A DNA stretch of 64,000 nucleotides from positions 10,645-74,644 of the forward strand of contig DAHUZL010000143.1 of NCBI GenBank assembly GCA_027306655.1, given 5' to 3'. How positions within the stretch are numbered: the stretch's first letter is position 1; each line of letters starts with the position of its first letter. Below are positions 27,841-35,350 of the stretch, piece after piece. The notes below the pieces were generated by a model. That model saw only the letters and a program-made list of their open reading frames with translations. It searched no databases and was not told the DNA's origin. The position numbers and the translations under genes were made by a program. Origin of the DNA: Candidatus Dormiibacterota bacterium. GTDB taxonomy: Bacteria; Chloroflexota; Dormibacteria; Aeolococcales; Bog-877.

Positions 27841-28583
27841 GCCAGGTGCGGCTGGCGCTGGGGGAGCCCGTCAGGGTCCGCCGGGAGTCCGCCGGACAGG
27901 CGATCTACCGTCTCCTGCGCGACGCCGTGATCCAGCGCCGGCTGGCGCCGTCGACCCGGCTGCTGGAGCCGGAGCTGGCGGTGAGCCTCTCGGTCAGCCG
28001 CACCCCGGTGCGGGAGGCGCTGCGGCTGCTGGAGGCGGAGGGGTACGTGGAGCGACTGCCCGGGGGCGGTCTGGTCGTGGCCGGGATCGATCCCCAGGAC
28101 GTCCGCGAGCTCTACGACGTGCGCCTGACCCTGGAGATGATGGTCGCGCGCCAGGCGGCTCAGCGGGCCACCGTCCACGACGTCCACGCCCTCATCGACC
28201 TGGTCGACCGCCTGAGCCGCCTCACCCTGGAGCCCGAGGAGGCCCTCCGCCTCGGCGACGTCTTCCACGACCACCTGGCCCAGCTGGCCGGCAACCGACG
28301 CTGCCAGGAGATGGTCCACCACATGCGCAACCACATCGACCGCTACCGGGCGGCCGGGTCGCTGGCTGCCCCGGGGCGGGTGGAGCGCGCCGCCGCCGAG
28401 CACCGCCGGGTGGTGGAGGCGATCGCCCAGGGCAACCCGGTGGGCGCGGCGCGGGCGATGCGGGCGCACATCCGGGCCGAGGCCCAGGCCTGCATCGCGG
28501 CCGTCGACCGCGACCATCGCCCTGGTGTCCCTGCGGGCGGGCTGGGCTCCCGGCTGGAGGTGCTCGGCGCCGGCTGCGGCTGA
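27837..28583 (+). CDS. GntR (FCD) family transcriptional regulator
   Basis: LSVSRTPVREALRLL, LYDVRLTLE, FH, EH, AHI. Confidence 0.92.
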   Translation: MSQVRLALGEPVRVRRESAGQAIYRLLRDAVIQRRLAPSTRLLEPELAVSLSVSRTPVREALRLLEAEGYVERLPGGGLVVAGIDPQDVRELYDVRLTLEMMVARQAAQRATVHDVHALIDLVDRLSRLTLEPEEALRLGDVFHDHLAQLAGNRRCQEMVHHMRNHIDRYRAAGSLAAPGRVERAAAEHRRVVEAIAQGNPVGAARAMRAHIRAEAQACIAAVDRDHRPGVPAGGLGSRLEVLGAGCG

Positions 28584-28642
28584 GCGAGGGGACCGCGGCC
28601 GGGGCGCCGCGGCGATCGGGATCTAGAATTTACCCGAGAACC

Positions 28643-30793
28643 ATGGACTCCGGGCAGCTCGCGCCGCGCCTCGCCTATCTCGGCCCGGCCGACCGGGAGC
28701 GGGTGGCGCGGGCCCATGCCCTCGCGGCCCGCGCCCACGAGGGCCAGCGGCGGCTGTCGGGCGATCCCTACCTGGTCCACCCGGAGGCGGTGGCCTCCAC
28801 GCTTGCCGACCTCCACCTCGACGCCGACGCGATCGCCGCCGCCCTCCTCCACGACGTGCTCGAGGACACCGACGTCACCGCCGAGACGCTCCGCCAGGAG
28901 TTCGGCCCCACGGTGGAGAAGCTGGTCCAGGGGGTGACCAAGCTGGGGCGCATCCACGCCCGGCCGGAGGGCCAGGCCCAGGCCGAGAACATCCGCAAGA
29001 TGCTGATCGCGATGGCTGAGGACCTTCGCGTGGTCCTGATCAAGCTCGGCGACCGGCTCCACAACATGCGGACCATCGCCCCCCTGGAGGCGTCCAAGCG
29101 GCGCCGGATCGCCCAGGAGACGGTCGACATCTACGCCCCCCTGGCGCACCGGCTGGGGATGTGGCAGATGAAGGCGGAACTCGAGGACCTGGCCATGGCG
29201 GTGCTCGACCCCGAGGGCTTCGAGGCGGTCACCCGCGCGATCGCCTCGCACCGGCGCGAGCGCGAGCACGTCCTCGGCCACGCCCGCTCGCTGCTGCTGG
29301 GGGAGCTGCGCCAGACCGGGATCGACGCCGAGATCAGCGGCCGTCCCAAGCACGCCGCCAGCGTCCTGCGCAAGATGGGTCAGCAGGGCAAGAGCCTGGA
29401 GGAGATCTACGATCTGGTTGCGATCCGGGTGGTGTGCGAGGATGTGCGCGGCTGCTACGGGGCGCTGGGGGTGGTGCACACGCTGTGGAAGCCGATCCCG
29501 GGCCGCTTCAAGGACTACGTGGCGATGCCCAAGGGCAACGGCTACCAGTCGCTCCACACCACCGTGGTCGGTGCCGCCGGCGAGCCGATGGAGATCCAGA
29601 TCCGCACCGCGGCCATGCACCGCACCGCCGAGGAGGGGATCGCCGCCCACTGGCACTACAAGGAGTCCTCGGCGGGCGACCCCCGTCTCGACGAGCGCTT
29701 CTCCTGGCTGCGGGCCCTGCTGGAGTGGCAGAAGGAGATGCTGGACGCGGAGCGCTTCGTCGAGAACGTCAAGCTCGACATCTTCCCCGACGAGGTTTTC
29801 GTCTTCACCCCCACCGGGGAGGTGCGCTCGCTGCCGGCGGGGTCCACCCCGATCGACTTCGCCTACCGGATTCACACCGATGTCGGGCACCGCTGCCTGG
29901 GGGCCAAGGTCAACTCGCGGATGGTCCCGCTCGACCACCGGTTGGAGAACGGCGACATCGTCGAGGTCCTCACCACCCGCTCTGAGCGGCACGGTCCCAG
30001 CCGCGACTGGCTCAATTTCGTCAAGACCAGCAGCGCGCGGGACAAGATCCGCCAGTGGTTCAAGCGTCAGCGCCGCGAGGAGAACGTCGCTCGCGGGCGC
30101 GAGCTGCTGGAGCGCGAGCTGCGCCGTCTGCGGGGCCAGAGCCTGGGCCAGGTCACCCTGGAGCGGATGGCCGACACCGCCCGCGAGTTCCGCTATCCGG
30201 AGGTCCCCGACTTCCTCGCCGCGATCGGCTACGGTGAGCTCAGCCCCCGCACCGTGGTGCTGCGCTGGGCCGCCGGCGACGACGGCGAGGCGGCCGGCGA
30301 CGGGGCAGTCCCCCGGCTCACGATCCCGATCGTCTCCCGCCCCGCCGGCGAGGAAGCGGTGCGGGTGCGCGGCGTGGACAACGTCCTCACCACCCTGGCG
30401 CAGTGCTGCCGGCCGGTCCCCGGCGAGCCCATCCGCGGCTACGTGACCCGGGGGCGAGGCGTCAGCGTGCACCGCGCCGGCTGCAGCAACCTGCGCCACG
30501 GGACCGAGCCCGACCGCCTGCTCGAGGTGGAATGGGCGGAGGCGCCGCGCCAGGTGTTCCCGGTGTCGCTCACGATCGAGGCCTGGGACCGGACCGGCCT
30601 GCTCCGCGATGTGGCCACCGTGATCGCGGAGAGCCGGGTCAACCTCAGCGGCGCCGCGGTCGAGGTGCGCGGCGACCACACCGCGGTGATCTCGACCGTG
30701 GTCGAGATCACCAGCCTCACCCAGCTCAGCCGGCTCCTGGAGAAGCTGGAGGCGGTCCGCGACGTCCACACGGTGGTGCGCGTCTCCGGCTGA
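28643..30793 (+). CDS. relA: Bifunctional (p)ppGpp synthetase/hydrolase Rel
   Basis: HD motif LLHDVLED, DRLHNMRT, RFKD, YQSLHT, EIQIRT, TGS, CC and ACT domains. Confidence 0.96.
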   Translation: MDSGQLAPRLAYLGPADRERVARAHALAARAHEGQRRLSGDPYLVHPEAVASTLADLHLDADAIAAALLHDVLEDTDVTAETLRQEFGPTVEKLVQGVTKLGRIHARPEGQAQAENIRKMLIAMAEDLRVVLIKLGDRLHNMRTIAPLEASKRRRIAQETVDIYAPLAHRLGMWQMKAELEDLAMAVLDPEGFEAVTRAIASHRREREHVLGHARSLLLGELRQTGIDAEISGRPKHAASVLRKMGQQGKSLEEIYDLVAIRVVCEDVRGCYGALGVVHTLWKPIPGRFKDYVAMPKGNGYQSLHTTVVGAAGEPMEIQIRTAAMHRTAEEGIAAHWHYKESSAGDPRLDERFSWLRALLEWQKEMLDAERFVENVKLDIFPDEVFVFTPTGEVRSLPAGSTPIDFAYRIHTDVGHRCLGAKVNSRMVPLDHRLENGDIVEVLTTRSERHGPSRDWLNFVKTSSARDKIRQWFKRQRREENVARGRELLERELRRLRGQSLGQVTLERMADTAREFRYPEVPDFLAAIGYGELSPRTVVLRWAAGDDGEAAGDGAVPRLTIPIVSRPAGEEAVRVRGVDNVLTTLAQCCRPVPGEPIRGYVTRGRGVSVHRAGCSNLRHGTEPDRLLEVEWAEAPRQVFPVSLTIEAWDRTGLLRDVATVIAESRVNLSGAAVEVRGDHTAVISTVVEITSLTQLSRLLEKLEAVRDVHTVVRVSG

Positions 30794-30848
30794 CCCGGGC
30801 CGCGCCAGGCGGACGCGCCCACGCCCGCCCCGTAGACTGGCGGGACCG

Positions 30849-32123
30849 ATGACGTCCATCCAGCGTCTCCGCGGCACCGCCGACTGGCTCCCCGACGACC
30901 TCGCCCGTCTGCGCCGGGTGGAGGCGTCGGGGCTGGCGGCGGCGGCGCGCTTCGGGTACCGGGAGATCGCCACGCCGGTGATCGAGCCCACCGAGCTGTT
31001 CACCCGCGCGGTGGGCGACACGACCGACATCGTCACCCACCAGATGTACACCTTCACCGACCTCGGCGGGCGCAGCGTCACGCTCCGTCCGGAGGGGACG
31101 GCGGCGGTGCTGCGGGCCTTCGCGGAGGGACCGCTGCGGCAGGCGCCCCGACCGGTCCGGCTCAGCTACACCGGTCCGATGTTCCGCCACGACCGCCCCG
31201 GTCGGGGCCGCTACCGGCAGTTCCATCAGCTCGGGGTGGAGGCGATCGGGGAGGCGGACCCGGAGCTGGACGCGGAGGTGATCGCGGTCGCCTGGAGCTG
31301 GCTCGCGGACCTCGGCGTCAGCGGGACCAGCCTGCGTCTCAACAGCATCGGCGACGCCACCTGCCGGCCCGCCTTCCGGGCGGCGCTGCTGGACCATCTC
31401 ACCCCCCACGCCGCCGGACTCAGCCCGCTCGACCAGGAGCGGCTGCGGCGCAATCCGCTGCGGCTGCTCGACACCAAGGACCCGGACCTGCTCAGCCTGC
31501 TCGCCGCCGGCCCCACCATCGCCACCCACCTCTGCCCGGCCTGCCGTGAGGCGCTGGCCCGGGTCGAGGCGGCGCTCGAGGAGTACGGCGTCCCCTACCA
31601 GATCGAGCCCCAGCTGGTGCGCGGGCTCGACTACTACGTCCGCACCGCCTTCGAGGTCTGGCACGCCGGCCTCGAGGGTGCCCAGAACGCCCTCCTCGGC
31701 GGCGGGCGCTACGACGGTCTGCTGGGGACGCTGGGGTATCCCGACGCGCCCGGGGTGGGCTTCGCCGCCGGCCTGGAGCGGATCAGCCTCCTCGCCGCCG
31801 GATCCGCCGCGCCGGCGATCGCCACCATCGCGGTATGCAGCCTCGGCCCGGCGGCGGTCGCGGTCGCGGTCCGGCTCGCCGACGCGCTCCGCCGGCTCGG
31901 CTGCACCGTGGTCGCCGACCTCGGCCCCCGCAGCGCCCGGGCCAAGCTGCGCCGGGCCGACGCCTCCGGCGCGACCGTCGCCTGCCTGGTCGGTGACGAT
32001 GAGGTGGGGCGGAAGACCGTGACGGTGCGCGACCTCCGGGCGGCGACCCAGGCGGAGGTGGCCGTGGCGGATGCGCCCGCCACGGCGGCGGCGCTGGTGG
32101 CCGGCGCGGCGGCGCCGGGATGA
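30849..32123 (+). CDS. hisS: Histidine--tRNA ligase
   Basis: LRPEGTA, GRYRQFHQ, LVRGLDYY, GGGRYDG, GLERI. Confidence 0.96.
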   Translation: MTSIQRLRGTADWLPDDLARLRRVEASGLAAAARFGYREIATPVIEPTELFTRAVGDTTDIVTHQMYTFTDLGGRSVTLRPEGTAAVLRAFAEGPLRQAPRPVRLSYTGPMFRHDRPGRGRYRQFHQLGVEAIGEADPELDAEVIAVAWSWLADLGVSGTSLRLNSIGDATCRPAFRAALLDHLTPHAAGLSPLDQERLRRNPLRLLDTKDPDLLSLLAAGPTIATHLCPACREALARVEAALEEYGVPYQIEPQLVRGLDYYVRTAFEVWHAGLEGAQNALLGGGRYDGLLGTLGYPDAPGVGFAAGLERISLLAAGSAAPAIATIAVCSLGPAAVAVAVRLADALRRLGCTVVADLGPRSARAKLRRADASGATVACLVGDDEVGRKTVTVRDLRAATQAEVAVADAPATAAALVAGAAAPG

Positions 32124-33934
32124 GCGAGCGGCGCTGGCTCGGCACCATCGGCCTGCCGGACGTCGGCGGGGAGCTCACCGTGGCGGGGTGGGTGCACCAC
32201 CGCCGCGACCACGGCGGGCTGACCTTCCTCGACCTGCGCGACCACACCGGGCTGCTCCAGGTGGTGGTGAACCCGGCCGCGGCCGCCGAGGCGCACCGTG
32301 TGGTCCAGCGGTGCCGGCTGGAGTTCGTTGTCGAGGTGACGGGGACGGTGGGGCGGCGTCCGGCGGGGAGCGAGAACCCGCAGCTGGCGACCGGGTCGGT
32401 GGAGCTGGCGGCGAGGCGGGTGGTGGTGCTGAGCGCGGCCGAGCCGTCCCCCTTCGCGATCGATGACGAGCGTGCGGTGGACGAGGCCGTGCGCCTGCAG
32501 TACCGCTACCTCGACCTCCGCCGCCCCCGGATGCAGCGCAACCTGCGCGCCCGCCACCGCTTCGTCGCCGGCCTGCGCCGCAGCGCCGATGCGCTGGGGT
32601 TCGTCGAGGTGGAGACCCCCACCCTGGTCCCCAGCACCCCCGAGGGGGCGCGCGACTTCCTCGTCCCCAGCCGGCTCCGCCCCGGCCACGTGTGGGCGCT
32701 GCCGCAGTCGCCCCAGCTTTACAAGCAGCTCTGCATGGTGGGGGGGCTGGACCGCTACATCCAGATTGCCCGCTGCTGGCGCGACGAGGACCTCCGCGCC
32801 GACCGCCAGTTCGAGTTCACCCAGCTCGACGTCGAGATGGCGTTCGTGGAGGAGGCGGACATCTTCCTGGCGGTGGAGCGGATGATCGCCGATGCCTGGG
32901 AGCTGGCCTTCGGGAGCCGGCCCCCGACCCCCTGGCCGCGACTCAGCTGGGCCGATGCGGTCGCCCGCTTCGGCACCGACAAGCCGGACACCCGCTTCGG
33001 CGCCGAGCTGGTGACGGTGCAGGACGCGTTCCCGGCGACCGAGCTCCGGCTGGTCCGGTCCGCCCTGGCGGCCGGCGGGACGGTGCGGGCGATCCGGGTC
33101 GCCGGGGGGGCATCGATCCCGCGCGCGGAGCTGGAGGGACCCTGGCAGGAGCTGGCCCGCGCCCACGGCGCCGGCGGGGTGGCGGCGCTGGAGCGACGGG
33201 CGGACGGGTGGCAGGGTCCGATCGCCAGGAGCTGCAGCGAGCCGGAGCTCCAGCGGCTGGGCGCCATGACCGGCGCCCGGCCGGGCGACCTGGTCTGCCT
33301 GGTGGCCGGTGCCGAGCCGGCGGTGGGAGCGGCCCTGGGCGCGCTGCGGACCCACGCCGCCCGCCGCCTGGGGTGGGCCCCCGAGGGCCGGTTCGACTTC
33401 CTCTGGGTGACCGAGTTCCCGATGTTCGAGCTGGGGCCCGACGGCGGCCTGCAGCCGCTCCACCACCCCTTCACCCAGCCCCACCCGGACGACTGGGACC
33501 ACCTCGGCACCGATCCCACCCGGGTGCGGTCCCGCGCCTATGACATCGTCTGCAACGGGGTCGAGATCGGCAGCGGCTCGCTGCGGATCACCCGTCCCGA
33601 CCAGCAGGCGGCGGTGTTCCGGGCCCTGGGCCTCAGCGACGAGGAGATCGAGGCCCGGTTCGGCTTCCTCCTCTCCGCGTTCCGCCACGGGGCACCCCCG
33701 CACGGCGGGTTCGCCGCCGGGATCGACCGGCTGGTCATGCTCGGCCTGGGCGAGACCTCGATCCGGGAGGTGATCGCCTTCCCGAAGACCCAGACCGGCC
33801 ACGACCCCATGACCGGGGCGCCCAGCCGGGCCACCCCGGCGCAGCTCGCCGAGGTCGGCCTTCGCCTCGTGGAGCCCCCCGGAGCCGCCCGCTCCGGAGC
33901 GGGCGTCCCGCCCGCCGGCCCCGATGGCGTTTGA
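32120..33934 (+). CDS. aspS: Aspartate--tRNA ligase (probably non-discriminating Asp/Asn)
   Basis: RRDHGG, YRYLDLRR, PQSPQ, RDEDLRADRQ, HHPFT, PPHGG, IAFPK. Confidence 0.96.
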   Translation: MSERRWLGTIGLPDVGGELTVAGWVHHRRDHGGLTFLDLRDHTGLLQVVVNPAAAAEAHRVVQRCRLEFVVEVTGTVGRRPAGSENPQLATGSVELAARRVVVLSAAEPSPFAIDDERAVDEAVRLQYRYLDLRRPRMQRNLRARHRFVAGLRRSADALGFVEVETPTLVPSTPEGARDFLVPSRLRPGHVWALPQSPQLYKQLCMVGGLDRYIQIARCWRDEDLRADRQFEFTQLDVEMAFVEEADIFLAVERMIADAWELAFGSRPPTPWPRLSWADAVARFGTDKPDTRFGAELVTVQDAFPATELRLVRSALAAGGTVRAIRVAGGASIPRAELEGPWQELARAHGAGGVAALERRADGWQGPIARSCSEPELQRLGAMTGARPGDLVCLVAGAEPAVGAALGALRTHAARRLGWAPEGRFDFLWVTEFPMFELGPDGGLQPLHHPFTQPHPDDWDHLGTDPTRVRSRAYDIVCNGVEIGSGSLRITRPDQQAAVFRALGLSDEEIEARFGFLLSAFRHGAPPHGGFAAGIDRLVMLGLGETSIREVIAFPKTQTGHDPMTGAPSRATPAQLAEVGLRLVEPPGAARSGAGVPPAGPDGV

Positions 33935-33965
33935 CACCGCCCGTCCTGGGGGAGGATCCCCCGTG

Positions 33966-34460
33966 ATGAGCCGGTCCGCCGCCACCACCGAGCTGCGGAT
34001 CCCCGCCGACCCCGCCTACATCGTGGTCGCCAAGCGCACCGCCGCCGGGCTGGCCAGCGTGGGCGGGTTCGGGGTGGAGGCGGTCGACGAGCTCAACATC
34101 GCGATCGCCCAGGTCTGCGAGCGGACGATCAGCCTGGCCCGCGCGGTGGCCTCGCCCGACGCCACCATGCGGATCTCCTTCCGCCTGGAGGAGACGGTGC
34201 TGACCGTGGACGTGAGGCTCCAGCCGGGCCGGGCCGATCCGGCGGTGCGGGCGCCGGCGACGGTCGCCGCCCCGGGTGGCCGCGCCGCCGGAGCCGAGCC
34301 CGAGGACGCGGGGGCGGCCGGGCGCACGTCCTGGCCGCCGACGCCCGACGCGCTCGACCTCGCCCTCCAGATGATCGGGCTCTTCGCCGATGACGTGCGC
34401 TGCCGGGTGGCCGGCAACGGCCTCCTCCACGTCCGGCTGGCGAAGTACCGCTGGCGCTGA
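33966..34460 (+). CDS. RsbW/SpoIIAB-like anti-sigma factor with degenerate kinase motifs
   Basis: LRIPADPAYI...GF..EAVDELNIAI...MIGLFADDV..VRLAKY matches the RsbW layout; SD GGAGGA; directly upstream of the sigma gene. Confidence 0.75.
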   Translation: MSRSAATTELRIPADPAYIVVAKRTAAGLASVGGFGVEAVDELNIAIAQVCERTISLARAVASPDATMRISFRLEETVLTVDVRLQPGRADPAVRAPATVAAPGGRAAGAEPEDAGAAGRTSWPPTPDALDLALQMIGLFADDVRCRVAGNGLLHVRLAKYRWR

Positions 34461-35260
34461 CGGGCGCCGGGCTGACCCACCTGGTCACGGCCCCCCGCTA
34501 CGATCGAGTCGCCCAGCGAGCGCTGCTCGCCGAGTACGCGCACACCCGTGCGCCCGCGATCCGGGAGCGGCTGGTCGTGGAGTTCGGCGACCTGGTGCGC
34601 GCCCTGGCGCGCCGCTTCGCCAACCGCGGCGAACCCCTGGAGGACCTCGAGCAGGTGGGCTTCCTGGGGCTGATCGCAGCGATCGAGCGGTTCGACCCCT
34701 CGCGGGAGCTGGAGTTCACGACCTTCGCGACCCCGACCATCCTCGGCGAGATCAAGCGACACTTCCGGGACAAGAGCTGGGCGGTGCGGGTGCCGCGCCG
34801 GCTCCAGGAGACCTACGCGAGGGTGGTGCGGGCGCAGGAGCGCCTCGGCCACGCCCTCGGTCGCGCTCCCGCTGTGATCGAGATCGCCACCGAGCTGGAT
34901 TTGGAGCCGGACGAGGTCCTGGAGGCGATGGAGGTGGGTCCGGCCCAGCGCGCGGTCTCGCTGGAGGCTCCGATCGGCGGGTCCGAGGACGGCCAGGACC
35001 TGGGCGACCGGATCGGTCTGGAGGACCAGAACCTGGCCAAGGTCGAGCTCCAGGACGCGCTCGCCGGGGCGCTCCGCCACCTCACCCCGCGCGAGCGCGA
35101 GATCATGGTCCTGCGCTTCGTCGACCAGCTGCCCCAGACCGAGGTGGCCCGCCGGCTGGGCATCTCCCAGATGCACGTGAGCCGCCTCCAGCGGGCGGCA
35201 CTCGCGCAGCTGAAGCGGGAGCTCCCGGAGGGAGACTCCACCCTGGGGCCTCCATCCTGA
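34457..35260 (+). CDS. SigB/SigF/SigG-family RNA polymerase sigma factor
   Basis: EDLEQVGFLGL..AIERFDP, FATPTILGEIKRHFRD, VRVPRR, GISQMHVSR; frame is open upstream of GTG 34577, so the true start is uncertain (CTG 34457 proposed). Confidence 0.92.
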   Translation: MTGAGLTHLVTAPRYDRVAQRALLAEYAHTRAPAIRERLVVEFGDLVRALARRFANRGEPLEDLEQVGFLGLIAAIERFDPSRELEFTTFATPTILGEIKRHFRDKSWAVRVPRRLQETYARVVRAQERLGHALGRAPAVIEIATELDLEPDEVLEAMEVGPAQRAVSLEAPIGGSEDGQDLGDRIGLEDQNLAKVELQDALAGALRHLTPREREIMVLRFVDQLPQTEVARRLGISQMHVSRLQRAALAQLKRELPEGDSTLGPPS

Positions 35261-35350
35261 GCCGGGGGCCGCGGCCCGGGCCGGGGGCGGCCCGGGGCGT
35301 CCGGCGGGCGACTGCTAGAATCCGGCCACCGTCCCTGCTGTGGTGAGCCG

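Noticed and set aside
35265..35293. GC-rich hairpin after the sigma gene as an intrinsic terminator
   Set aside because: No U-tract, and such hairpins arise easily at this GC content.
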